This document shows positions 12,887 to 25,267 of a stretch of DNA of 64,000 nt, in pieces. The stretch is from positions 109,246,001-109,310,000 of the forward strand of contig NC_045696.1 of NCBI RefSeq assembly GCF_009834535.1, written 5' to 3'. The position numbers and the translations under genes are program-made. This stretch comes from Camelus ferus (lineage: Eukaryota). Below the pieces are notes generated by a model. That model was not told the DNA's origin. It saw only the letters and a list, made by a program, of their open reading frames with translations, and ran no database searches. The stretch's first letter is position 1. Each line of letters starts with the position of its first letter.

Positions 12887-13018
12887 AGGGAAAGCCTGAC
12901 CCTTCTGGCCTGAGGATTGGAAGGAAAAAAGTAAGATGATGGTGGAAGCAGTGGTGAAGCCCACAGGCTTAGATGGGTCAGGGGGGACTGGCGCCATTCT
13001 TAGTGAAGTCTTCTAAGA

Positions 13019-13205
13019 TAGGACTTGGCAAACTTTTCCTTAAAGGGTCAGATAAATAGAACTAGTGCAAAGTATTCTACTCTGCCATCATAGCTCAAAA
13101 GCCTCCATAGACAATACCTAAATGATCCTGTGTGGCTGTGTTCCCATAAAACTTCCATTTACAAGACAGGTGGCCAGCCCATGGGCCATAGTTTGCCAAT
13201 CCCTG
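13019..13205 (-). mobile_element. MER58A-like hAT-Charlie MITE
   Basis: ttggcaaacttttc...tgtggctgtgttcccataaaact...gtttgccaatccctg with terminal inverted repeats. Confidence 0.75.
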
Positions 13206-13432
13206 GTAGAAGCTAAACCCCATAGGAAAGCACTTCAGATATGGCCCAGAGATTAGCTCCATGCTCACAGTTGGAGGGAGCTGGGAAGCTGGATATTTGA
13301 GCTAAAGAGCCCACCTCTGGTTCCCTGTGGCCTCCAAGTGGCTGGCAGGGGATCCAGAAGTACCTGTGTCCCAGGAAAAGGGACACAAAGGTGCTACATC
13401 GGGTAGGATTAGGTTTGGTTTATAGTAGCTTA

Positions 13433-13583
13433 TGTATCTGTATGATGACAGATTTTTTTTTTTTTTTTTTTTTTTTTGGTGAGAGGGAGGTTTATTTAAT
13501 TATTTAATGGAGGTACTGGGGACTGAACCCAGGACCTCGTGCATGCTAGGCATGCGCTCTACTACTGAGCTACACCCTCCCCC
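13433..13583 (-). mobile_element. Vic-1-type SINE with extra 3' sequence
   Basis: SINE body 13480-13583, long T run, perfect TSD tatagtagctta (13421-13432 / 13584-13595). Confidence 0.9.
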
Positions 13584-13888
13584 TATAGTAGCTTAAAAAC
13601 ACATTTTTTAAACTTACACAGTTTATTAATTTCCATACATATTCCAATCATACAGACCAATGAAGTACATCGTTTAAATTTATAGACAGATAATGGGTTC
13701 CTTTTTACAACATTATTCCTATTTCTAAGGCTTGTAGAAATGAGTCAGTTTTGTTTCTTCCCTCAACTGAAGTTGTTATATCAAATCTGTTATCAAGGGT
13801 AAAATGTATGTTGAGTTAGTCAATCTTTTTTTGCTGTTGGAAGTTTCTTTTTAGTATACATATTTATATTATATATGTGTGTGTGTGT

Positions 13889-13978
13889 ATTTTTTTTTTT
13901 TTAATGGAGGTACTGGGGATTCAACCTAGGACCTCACACATGCTAAGCACAGGCTCTACCACTGAGCTGTACCCCTAC
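13889..13978 (-). mobile_element. Vic-1-type SINE (short form)
   Basis: ttaatggaggtactggggattcaacctaggacc...ctaccactgagctgtaccc. Confidence 0.85.
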
Positions 13979-14239
13979 CAATCTTTTTTTAAAAACACAA
14001 TGTAATGGTGACTTGGAACACACACGCAGATTTATTCTTTCATGTAAAAGCCTGGAGGCTGGCTCTCCAGGCTGGTAAAATGTGAGAGACCCTGGTCCCT
14101 CTGAGCTTTCCTGGTCCCTCTCCGGCATTCCGAGGCGTGGCCCTCGTCCACACGGTCCGTGGTGGCTGCTGAGGCTGCGTGTTATGCCCCCGACATCCAG
14201 CAGGCAGGCGGCGGAGAGCGGAAGGGGGCGGCCCTCCGC

Positions 14240-15573
14240 CCCCTCGGCTTCGTGGGCGCGCGACCTGTGTAGTTAGTTACAGAGGGCCCCGCGCGCAGAA
14301 GGGCCCACGCACCGTTTCATGGTGGATTGTCACCGTCTTGAAATTCTTAATAACGTTATCCTTCAACTTGTGTTTTGTAAATCACACACTCACAAACTCC
14401 GATGGGACAACAGACCACGTCCATGAGCAGAGGAGGTCCGTGCAATGTGTGTGCGTGTCATCGGTCGCTGCAGCCCTTGTCACGCAGCGTGGGTGAAGCC
14501 GGCCCTGAGGCTTACCTTGTATTCCCGATCTGCACCCAGAAGGGCTTCCATGCAAATGTTGATTTAACGCACGGATTCCTATTTGTTTGGTTTGGGGGCG
14601 GGGGGAGGGTAATTAGGTTTTTACTTATTTATTTATTTAGTTTTTATTAATGGAGGGACAGGAAATTGAACCCAGGACCTCGTGCATGCTAAGCACACCT
14701 CTACCACTGAGCTATGCCCTCCCACTTATTCCTATTTGGAACTTATCATTAATTCGATCTTTGAACCTGTGCTCTGTACATGCAGTCCAGCAGGACAGTG
14801 GGGGTATGGGATATGCATGCCTTCCATTTGCACAGGTGCCAGGAGCACAGAACTCCAGTGAACTCACAACGTATGGGCTTCTACCAAGACTCAAAGCGAG
14901 GACAGGAAAGCGTGTCATGTCCATGACTAAGTGGGAGATGACGGCCCTGAGAGGCCACGCTTTCCGTTGGAACCAGAACTTGCTTCAAATGCAGAAACAA
15001 AACGGTGGCATTTTAAGAAGCACAAATAACCAAGGAACCCCACCATATCCTTTCTCACTTGGATTACTGCCCTGTATTAGTGACTCACTCACTCTGAAAA
15101 TGATGACAGATAACAATCCTGGGCAAGCCAGAGTTCCTCTGATGTGCAGTCCTCCTTGCTCAGCAGCAGGGTGAAGGTAGAGAATGTTGGTTGGTACAAG
15201 GTAAGCATATGAAGAAGTAAAATCAAAACAGTTTTATGCAGCGTTTCCACTGTTTGGTAGGAGTGAAACACAAACGTATGCATGATCAGTGAAATATAAA
15301 TTGCATAGTTTCTGTGATTTTACATATGTTAAATGCTCTGAAGTTTTTTTAAATTTAAAACTGGCATTGCAGAATTTAAAGATGGGTGGTAAAATTCATA
15401 GCAACAGTGTAAATTTTTAGTTTTTCTTTACTTAAAGACAGCATTCAAGCAAATAAAAAAACACCGTGTTGAATCAAGAGAGAGAATGCAGATTTTAGTA
15501 ACTGTGGTAGTACTTTTTTCCTCCTTTGTGAACAAGGGGGCACTGGATCCTGCAAATTATGTAGCTGGTCCTG
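14240..15573 (+). mobile_element. MER45-family hAT-Tip100 element (long form)
   Basis: cggcttcgtgggcgcgcgacctgtg...agggccccgcgcgcagaagggccc...gtcttgaaattcttaataa at the left end; gaacaagggg...gcaaattatgtagctggtcctg at the right end. Confidence 0.75.
14586..14727 (-). mobile_element. Vic-1-type SINE nested in MER45
   Basis: SINE body; TSD attcctatttg (14575-14585 / 14728-14738). Confidence 0.9.
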
Positions 15574-17100
15574 GAGGCACGTTACCCCAGGTGTCATATG
15601 GCCCCAGTTTCAAGTCTTATGTTAACTGATGCCTCTCTCTTCAAAGAGAGTAGGAGAGGTGCAGAGGACCTGGTATATTGAGGCCTCTCACCCCGATCTT
15701 CAGCGGATATAGTAAGGGCACTTACTTACCCAGATACCCAGATGGCATCTCGAGGGAAAGGGAGAGACACAGAGCTCAGAAGGACTGAGTTTTCCAAGAG
15801 ACTATGGAAAACAGCCACACGAGGGAGTTCAACTCCAAACAGACTGAATAGTCAGACTGAGAGGAGACTTGGAAGTGGAGAGCCAGGTGCAGTGTTTGTT
15901 GGAAGGCAAGCCCAGGCTCCCCCCTCCCTCACACAGCAGGGTGGGACTGCCAGGGAAGATCTTAATCTGTGCAGATCCCAATGGCAAATGGCGCACGCGC
16001 TTTTGCAAGCCAACCACCCTGGATCCAAGGCACTTCCTAGCTGAAATACACTCCTTCCTGCTGCTCTTCCCTCACACTGCCCCCTAGTACTATAACCTGG
16101 TCACCTGGCTAACTTCTCGCCTTTCTACACTCAGCTCAGGTGTCTACCTCCACCCCCAGGAAACCTCCCTGCCTACTGGCCCTCACCGTCCCCGCTGGGC
16201 CCTCATGGCGACCTGCACACACCAAGTGTCGGAGGAGCAGTTCAAGTGACAGCTGGTGTGGGCCTTGCCATCGGCCACAAGCCCCAAGTGGAGGCCTTCC
16301 TGCCGCTCGCTTGCCCTCTTTGAGCCTGTTTCTCCACATGGAAAATGGGATGATCATACCAGATCCACCAACCTTATAGAATTTTTGTAAAAATTTAGTT
16401 TGTGAATAGGTTCTCCATATACCTAGCATACAATTCAAAAGTTATATGAGGACACAGTGAAAAGTCATTCTCCTTCCCCCTTCTCTCCTCCTGACTCTCA
16501 GTTGTCTTCTCCAAAGGCAATCCCTGTCACCAGTTTCTTCAGCTTCCTTCCACAGACATTTCACGTGTTTTAGGGCAGGTACATTGTACGTCACCACCTA
16601 TGCAGCATTCCGGGGCCTAATCTGCATCTAACTGTGAGGAAACATCAGACAAACCCCAAATGAAGAATGTTCTGTTTCTTTTTTTTTTTTTTTAAGTGGC
16701 AGTTACAAAGCATCAAAATCATAAAACACAAACAAAGGCTGTAGACATGTTCCAGAATTAAAGGGAGTGGTTGATTAGATAAAAGTGCTGTATCCATGTT
16801 AAACTGACCAAAGTTGATAAGCGTACAGTGGTTACGAAAGAGAATCCTTTTCTTAGGAAATACACACTGACGTATTTAGGAGTAAAGGGGCCATGATGTG
16901 TGTCTTATCCTTATATGGTTCAGGAAGAAAAATTGTGTGTGCGTGTGTGTCTGTACATGGGAAGAGGGAGAGAACACACGATAAAGCAAATGGGGTAAAA
17001 TGCTAACGGTAGGTGAATCTGGGTAGAGAGTTGATGACTATTCCTGTAGTATTTAATTTTTGTAATTTATGTCTAAGTCTGAGACTATTTACCCAATAAA

Positions 17101-17736
17101 AGCTGATGTTCACATTCACGGGTTCTGTATTTGCAAATTCATCTACTTGCTAAGCTTTCCTGGGAACCCCCAAATCAGCCCTCGAGGCCCTTGCACGGTC
17201 ATTCACAGACTTGTGCGGAGCAAGGAGGAATCGGAGACTCGCAACAAGCACGTTCCCAGCTGAGGTCAAACAAGGTGGCACCCTGCCTCCCGGCTTCAGC
17301 TCTCATCCCGTAAACACATGTCCTTGGTGCACTCTAGGTAGTGTCACATTTTTTTGAATTTTCATGCTTTGTGCTAAAGATTTTGCTGTTTAAAATGGCC
17401 TCCAATCATAGTGCTGAAGTGCTGTCTCAGGTTCCTAAGTGCGCAAGAAAACTTTGTTGTGCCTTGTGGAGAAAATACACGTGCTGGATGAGCTTCGTTC
17501 AGACGTGCTGTCGGCTATGAGTTCAATGTTAATGAATTAATAATGCATATGAAGTAAGATGTCTTTAAACCGAAACCTCTCATACAGTAAATTACATATG
17601 TGTTGATCAGTTGATGAAAACACTGACCAGAGTCTGCAGGAACCTAACCCCATGTTTTCCCTGGGAACAATCTGCTGATTCAGTGTTTGTGGCAACTTAA
17701 TAGAACATAACCTCCATGAAGAACAAGAATCAACTG
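17101..17736 (+). mobile_element. MER82 (TcMar-Tigger) DNA transposon
   Basis: ttctgtatttgcaaattcatctacttgctaa...cacgttcccagctgaggtcaaacaagg...agaatcaactg matches the MER82 consensus. Confidence 0.8.
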
Positions 17737-19503
17737 TTTCTATGTATGTATTTCTTACACAAATGGTAGAATACAATCATGCTGTTCTGTATCATGTAAC
17801 AATATTCTTAGAGGTCACGCTGTTAGTTTGCATTCATTCCTTCTTTTTTTTATTGAAGTACAGTCAGTTTACAATGTTGTGTCAATTTCTGGTGTACAGT
17901 ACAGTGCTTCAGTCATACATGATGCATTCATTCTTTATTCTTTTTTTTTTTTTTTGAGTCAGGTGAACAAAACATGTTCTATCAAGGTCAGTCTCTTTTC
18001 TCAGCCACCCCAGTGCTCACTCAATGGGCCCACGTAACCAAATGACCATGGTAGCAGGGTTTTGTATGTGTTTGGGGGTTTTTGTTTGTTTGTTTGTTTT
18101 TCATTCTCTTGAACAGATTCCCCATATGGGTGTTTCCTAATTGATCTAACTAGTCCTCTAGTAACAGACGTTTGGGTTTTATCTTTTCCGAATGTCACAG
18201 TCCTGCTTAAGTACTTCCATGGCATCTCCTGGCTCTTGGGATAAAAATGCAAGTCCTTAACCATGACCTGCCAGACACTCACACTGCGTCCTGGCATCTG
18301 TATGTCTCCCCTCCAGCTTTCTTCCACCCCTGGTGTTATCCACACTCCCTCCTGCCACAGAACATGTTCACAAGCTCCCTTCATGGGACATCGCCCCACC
18401 CTTCACCTTGGCCTGGTCAACCATCCTCTTCCTTCAAACCTCCAGCTCACAGTTTTTGTTCACCAGTGTATCACCACCGGGGCCTGGCATGGACCCTGGC
18501 ATGTAGAAGATGCTCTGTACACTTGTGTTGAACAATCAAAGGAGTGAGGCAGGAGGCAGGCAAGGCAGGAAGCCGGCTGGTAATGATTATATTTCTGTGG
18601 TTCTCTCCTGATGAAACACTTGGTCTTAAACGCTCAGTGGAATGAAAACTGTACAGCTGCCTTATCTCCTGTCAGATTCTCAGCTCGTTAGCACTGGAGT
18701 GATTTCTGCCCTGCAGAGGGACCCCGAGGAGGTCGCCATACCTATCTATGCAGTTCCTCACCATGAGAAGGGGTGGTCGTATCTGCATCGAGCTGCTTGT
18801 GAGTCCCATATGTTAGGACACATCACAGGGGCTCTCTTCCCTGCCCCCAGCTCCAACCATCTATAAGACATTGCCCTGGTCTTCTAAGGATATTCTCAGC
18901 ATATTGGCTCAAAACAAAAGATCCAAGCAGAAAGATCCAGTTACAAGTCACCTTTCCCCCACAGGCTCTCTCTTACTCTTCCTCCAGCCAAGAGATGCCT
19001 GCTGGTACCAAGCGAAGGGGAAGGAACCAAAAAGGAAGTGTCATAGCCAAAGTGCCCCAAACCTCCGGGGGCAGATCACATGCTCCTGAGCGGGGAGGGG
19101 CAGAGCTCTTTCAGGGCTGTCATCAGACTTTGGCTTCTTTCTACTTTCAAGCGACTAATTCTATTCTCGTGGTTTCTCTAAAACTATGCGGAACTTGTGG
19201 TAAAACCCACATCCTTCCCTCATGCCAATAGGTCCCCAGCCACATCCTCCCAATGAACACCACCGCTTTTCCTCTATTTTTGGTGGCAAAATGAAGCAAA
19301 CTAGCTCACATTAAAGGTCTGAGAGAGAGAGGGAGAGAGACCACACAGGGGACTTCATGTACCCAGAATCCAACTAACAACTTCTCCCCACCAACCGACC
19401 TCCTCCCCAGTCTGAACCGCCCTCATTTCTCACCTGCTTACTTGCAACACCTCTAGCTGATCTTTCCGCTTTCACCTCCATGTCCTAAATCTTTCTCCAA
19501 GTA

Positions 19504-19691
19504 TAGAGTTGCCAGATAAAATTCAGGACCTTGAATTGAATCTGCATTTCAGATAAACAAAAAAAAAATTTTAGTATAATTATGTCACAAATGTTACATG
19601 GGATACACTTCTTCTAAAAAATACTCATTAATTTTAAATGCAAATTTAACTAGACACCAGGAATTTTTATTTGCTAAATCTGGCAACTCTA
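19504..19691. mobile_element. MER53 palindromic MITE
   Basis: TIRs tagagttgccagat / atctggcaactcta, internal quasi-palindrome. Confidence 0.85.
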
Positions 19692-19729
19692 TCCGTGCAG
19701 CAACCAGAACCATCCTTTTACCGTGAGTG

Positions 19730-19822
19730 TTTTTTTTTTTTTTAAGTGGAGGTGCTGGGGATTGAACCCAGGACCTCGTGCATGCTAGGCATGTGCTCTA
19801 CCACTGAGCTACACCCTCCCCT
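19730..19822 (-). mobile_element. Vic-1-type SINE (short form)
   Basis: ggaggtgctggggattgaacccaggacctcgtgcatgctaggc...gagctacaccctcccc. Confidence 0.9.
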
Positions 19823-20789
19823 CTGGAAGTCATTCTTTTAAAATGTACATTAGCTCATACTATCCTGCTGCTCAAATCCGCCAACAGCTTCCCATCTCTG
19901 AGCAAAGTCCTTACCATGCTCCGCCTTCCCCAGTACTTCTTGTATGTAATCCCCTACCACTCCCTTCCTTGGCCACACAACCCAACCACCCTGGCTTCCT
20001 TGTTCCTTCTTCGAGATTCTGCCCCTTCTTTAGGGTTTTGATTTCTCAGTGAGACTTTCTCTGACCATCCTGCAAACACTGGAACCACCCTACCTTCTGT
20101 CTACTCCCTGCTTTCTCTCCATCTCATGGAGATGCATCACCTTCTAACACACTGCATCACACATATGTATGGGTTTGCTGTCTCTGCACTAAAAAGTTCA
20201 GTCCCTGTGGGCAGGTACTACGTTTTGTTCCAGCTGAGTATCCAGCCCCAGAACCCTCGTTGGCACACAGTAGACACTCAGTAAATATTTGTTGAGCCAA
20301 TGATGAAACCTAAGGGCAAGAAACACAACCAGGAAAGTCCAAAACAAGGGAGGTTTGTTTTGTTTTTCTTTCTTGGCAGCCTTGTTCTAATCTTCCTCCA
20401 CTTACTCATCTTGCTCAAGGTCCTCTTTAACCACCTTCCCATGTCTCACAGGACTTCTCAGGGGCGCCATCACATGACTGGATAATCTGATTGGCTCAGC
20501 TCACCTCCCTTCCTCTCTCTTTTTCTTTCTCTGTTCCTTCTTTCCTCCTTCCCTCTTTCCCTATCTCTCTTTGCCACTTATGTTTTGAATATTTTTAATG
20601 AATGAGTAATAATTCTAAAAATATACTTTATTTTCTTTATGTTGAGTATGAGGAGGAGTGATTTGGGGGCTCTGGCAGCCAAAAGCAAATGCCACTAAAC
20701 ATCTTCCTGGTGTCCTGTCCCAGGCTCAAGTTTCCCACAGAGAATCACTGGTTCTCTGGTCTGGTTAGCCAGGAGAGGACAGCCTTCAC

Positions 20790-21150
20790 TGTGGTAGCAA
20801 ACAGGCTCAAAATCTTAGTTATATAGAACAGAAGTTTACTTCTCATTTATGATATATGTCCAAGGTGGATTGGCAGAGGTCTGTAGTGCTAGGTCTCAGG
20901 TACCCAGACTGATAGAAGCTCTTCTGAATTGTAGCTGGGTCCTCTGGTCAACCTCTTCAGAGCAGGGAAATAGAGATGGAGAGATGCACCCTGGTTCTTA
21001 AATGCATCAGCCTAGAAGTGAGGATCATCACTTCCACTCACAGCCCTTTGTCCAGAATTGGTCACATGGCTCCACATAATTGCAGGAGGGTGAGAAAATG
21101 TAGGAGAGCATAGATATTTGGGAAGAAGTAGATGATTTTTCTTAGGCACA
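20790..21150 (-). mobile_element. Old MaLR (MLT1-type) LTR fragment
   Basis: agaagtttacttctcattt...catcacttccactcacagcc...gtcacatggc are typical MLT1 motifs. Confidence 0.55.
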
Positions 21151-24100
21151 ATCTTGGGGAAGGGGAAGAGAGGCAAAGTGGGCGAGAGGTCTGTTCAGAC
21201 ATAGATGTTCTTCTGCTTACCTACTTCACCTCTCGGAACTCAGAGAACTCAAATGAACCCTGGCTATTCAAGAAGAAAAGACAAAATCTGAGCCAACCCT
21301 AAGCACCTGAACCAGGTCTGATGGCAATTAGAAAATAAGATGATTTTCCTGACCCCATATCTGCTATGGAAATAATAACACTACCTTGCACTTTTCCAGC
21401 ACTGACACTTTTCAGAGAGCTTTTCCTTCCATGTGGGCTTCACAAGAAGTAGACAGAGATTACTACCTTTTTATAGAAGAGAAATCAGAAGCTCAGAAAG
21501 GTTAAGAGGATGGCCTAAAGTCACAGAGCTCATGGGGGCATAACTGGGACCTGAGCAGCTCTGTTTGCCTCCACCTGGGCCACAGCACATCATCACATCA
21601 TACTGCCTTTGAAGGACCGGGCAGTGGGGAGGGAAGAACACAACTGGTCCCACACAGGTCTCTCCGGCCACACCACATACCTGGGAAACCATCACTCCTG
21701 TCTCCCTGTTATTCATAAACACATTAAGATACAAAAATTAGGTAAAAGCTAGCTCTGTTCAGGAAACAGAAAGCATGTTATCATGTGGGAGGTAAGGAGC
21801 AAAAGTGGGATGGACTTTCCAAGCAGAAAGGTATGGGAACTTTCCAAAAATCACAGTCTTTCCATATATGTCAGAGAGCTAAATTATGTAGAGCTGAACA
21901 GGTTGGTGACAAGCAAGGGTACCCTGGGTTTGAATCCCAGCTCTGCCACTAACTTGCTACATAAACTTGAACAAGCAACCACCTTACTAAATCACAATTT
22001 CCACATTTGTAAAATGATCATTTTAGCATCGCCTTTATAGACTTTTGTTTGGGACACAGTGTATAGTGAACCTACATGGTGCATAGCACACAGCTGTCAT
22101 TTGATAAAAGTCGTCTGTTTGGATGGGTGTTGGTTGGGTGGAGCTGTTGGATGGGTGGAGAGGAAGCCTGTGGGACCCTAAGGCTCCAAAAGGAGAGCAA
22201 AGAAACTGGAGGGCAGGGTCTTCCTAGTTCCTTTTCCTTTCTCCCTCTCTTCCTCCTTATCCCACACTAATTTATTTTTAGTTATAAACAATTTTTAAAA
22301 GTTTAGGTGCAAAGAACAAAAAATGCAAAGAAACACTCACAGCATCAGGATGGTAACCCAAACTTCTTGCTTTGTTTATACTTATGAGTAAATCTGCATT
22401 CTCTAAATCTTGTGTTTTGAGACTTTTTCTATGTTGCCTCTCAGGTTTAGAATACCTTGTGCTTCAGTATCAAACAACCCCCAAATCTCAAAGGCTTAAG
22501 ATAATAAAGCTTTATTCCTTATTTCTCTCAGTGTCCCTTGTGGACCTGAGTGGCCCTCAGGCAGCTGTCTGCCACGGGGTGACTCAGAGACGGAAGCTAC
22601 TTAAACCTCACGGCACCTCCATCTGCACGTGTGGTCTTCTTCTTGATTGTGATGAAGGATCGTGCATGGAATCTTACATGCTTGAGCCCAGCAGAACATG
22701 TACCACTTCCCAGCCACGGGGCCATATTTTAAGTCACGGCAGGGTATGGGGAGACCCGGACAATGTATTCTTCCATGTATCCAGGAAGGAAACTGAGAGT
22801 TCCACGAGCCATCTTTTCAACTTTGTGTGCTTTTTCATTAATTGCACATTCCATCACTTAGAGTTAGACATTTAGATTGTTTGCAACTTTTCAATATTAT
22901 AAATATAATCAGAACTTCCCAGTTTCACTGTTTGTAGTTGTGACCAGACTGGCATTACTCTTGTCATCTGCTCACAGCACCTCTGCTGCCAGGAACCTCG
23001 TGGAGCACTGCTGAGAACTCTGTGCCTCGACAGGCTGCTGGTCTGCGGCAGAGTGGAACGGGCAGGAGAATGCGCCTCTCTTTGTTCCGCTGTGGCCCCT
23101 GACCATTGAGGCTCTGAAGCTGCACTGTTTGGACGTTGGAGTCTCACCTAGCCCTTTGTTAGTTCTTCTGCTTCTGCTTCTCCCATAAAGCATCAAAACC
23201 AGTGAGACAGTCAGTCCTATGGTGATGGAGATGTAAACCCTCTTGTCCCCCATGGTCCTCATTTTATCCTCACTAAGAACCTCTTAGTCATTCTTCAACT
23301 AAAATTCCAAAGCTGTCATGTACAACAACTGAGGTGGAGAAGGGGTGTCCCCTAATGCCACGCACCAGGAGCATTATACACAAAAAGTCAGGTCATCCAG
23401 AACCCTCCGAGATGTCAGTAACACTCATTGGACATCACCGAGAAGAGTTCTTTTCTTCTTTAGATTATCTCACTAGGATAAATCCCCAGATGTGGGATAG
23501 CTGAGTCAAAGTATCAAAATATTTTTTGTGGCTCTTAATTCAAGATGCCAAATCGTGTTCCAAGATTTACATAGTGATAAGCACTACCTATGATATCGGT
23601 TCCTAGCACCGTCACCAGGATTAGGAATTATCATTGTTTTAAATTCTGTCACTGTGGTGAACAAAAACCACACATTTCCCTGGTTTTAATTTGTATTTCT
23701 GTGAATACCACAGGCTTTAATTTTTTGCCACATTTGTTTATAGTAGTGCACCACTTGTGTGATGTGTCAGTGCAGATGCTGATTTATTTATTTATTCCAG
23801 TCTTAATTTCTTAAACCAAGCTTTCTAAGTTCTTTATATAACAAAGATGTTAACCTTCTGGTTGTGGCAATTGTAGCTTAGAGCCTCCACCCTACTGCCC
23901 TGTTCTGGTCTTTTTGCTTTTTTAGTTTGGTTATTTTATTTTCATTGTTTTTGTTGTAGTGCAGAGTTTTAAATTTTAATTTGTTCATATTTGTCAGTCT
24001 TTTTCATTGTGGTTTCTTCTTCTTCTTTTTTTCCACTTCAGAGATTATAAATATATTTCCTGTCCAGAATCTTGATCAATATTTGATTCTATTTTCTTCT

Positions 24101-24199
24101 AGTTTGTCTTCTATGATTTGGTTTTTTTTTAGTATTTAAAATTTTTCCCCCTGGGTATGCACTTAAAGTAGACTCAACTGTTTAAACATGGATTGCTTT

Positions 24200-25267
24200 T
24201 TAAATTTTTTCTTTATTTTTTCTTTAATTTATTTAAACTTAAAAAATAAAACAGTTTGCTTAATTCTCCTGCCCCTCCATGCCCCCACCTTGCATCTTGC
24301 AACCTTCGATCTGTTCTGTGAGCTTGGTTTTTGTTTTTGTTTTAGATTCCACATATAAGAGAGATCATGCATTATTTGTTTTTCTCTGATTTATTTCACT
24401 TGGCAGAATGCCCTTGCAGCCCATCCATGTTGCTGGAAATGACAAAATATCATATGTATATGAAATATACATTATATATAATATACCACAGCTTCTTTAT
24501 CCATCCACCCATTGATGGATACTTCGGTTGTTTCTGTGTCTTGGCTACTGTAAATGAAGCTGCAATGAACATGGGGGTACAGATACCTTTTTGAATTAGT
24601 GTTTTCTCCATTTGTATTTAATTGGCCTTAGAGGGGGAACTGGCTTTCTCTGAGAGGTAAGGAAACTTATTTTGGGTTTTTAATTTTGAACCCAAGGCAC
24701 CAGATTCTCCTTGGCATTCATTGGTTTGAAGCATTAGACATAACTCTGCCCCTCTTTTCAAGCAAACTGAACTATACAATATTAATTCTTCCAAACCAGA
24801 AACATGGAATATATTCTGAAATTTCTTTCATTAATGTCTTATAGTTTTCAATACACAGATCTTTCACTTCCTCAGTTAAATTTATTCCCAGGTATTTTAT
24901 TCTTTCAGATGCAGTTGTAAATGGGATTGTTTTCTTAACTTCTCTTTCTGATAGTTCATTGTTAGTGTTAAGAAACACAACACATTTTTGTGTATTTATT
25001 TTTTATCCTACAACATTACTAAATTTGTTTATTATTTTTAACAGTTTTTTTGATAAAGTAGGGTTTTCTTCTTCCTTTCCAATTTGGATATCTTTTATTT
25101 CCTTTTCTTGCCTAATTTCTCTGACTAGGACATCTAACACTGTGTTGAATAAAAGTGGTGAGAGGGCACCGACATTTCTTGTTCTTGATCTTCGAAGAAG
25201 AGCCGTTAACTTTTTACTGTTGAGTATGACATTAGTGTGGGCTTGTCATATAGAGTGTTTATTATGT
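24200..25267 (-). mobile_element. L1 3' (non-inverted) part: ORF2 RT fragment, 3'UTR and A-tail, with internal deletions
   Basis: ORF 24772-24978 reads [26 protein letters not shown]. The minus strand from 25267 is homologous to ORF2 NIIKAIYDKPTANIILN. 3' region at 24240-24603. Confidence 0.85.

Noticed and set aside
14650..15174. 174-aa ORF
   Set aside because: Starts in an antisense SINE and runs through MER45 internal sequence; no transposase motifs recognised.
19504..19691. Long hairpin as a novel ncRNA or miRNA
   Set aside because: Explained by the palindromic MER53 MITE; no expression evidence.
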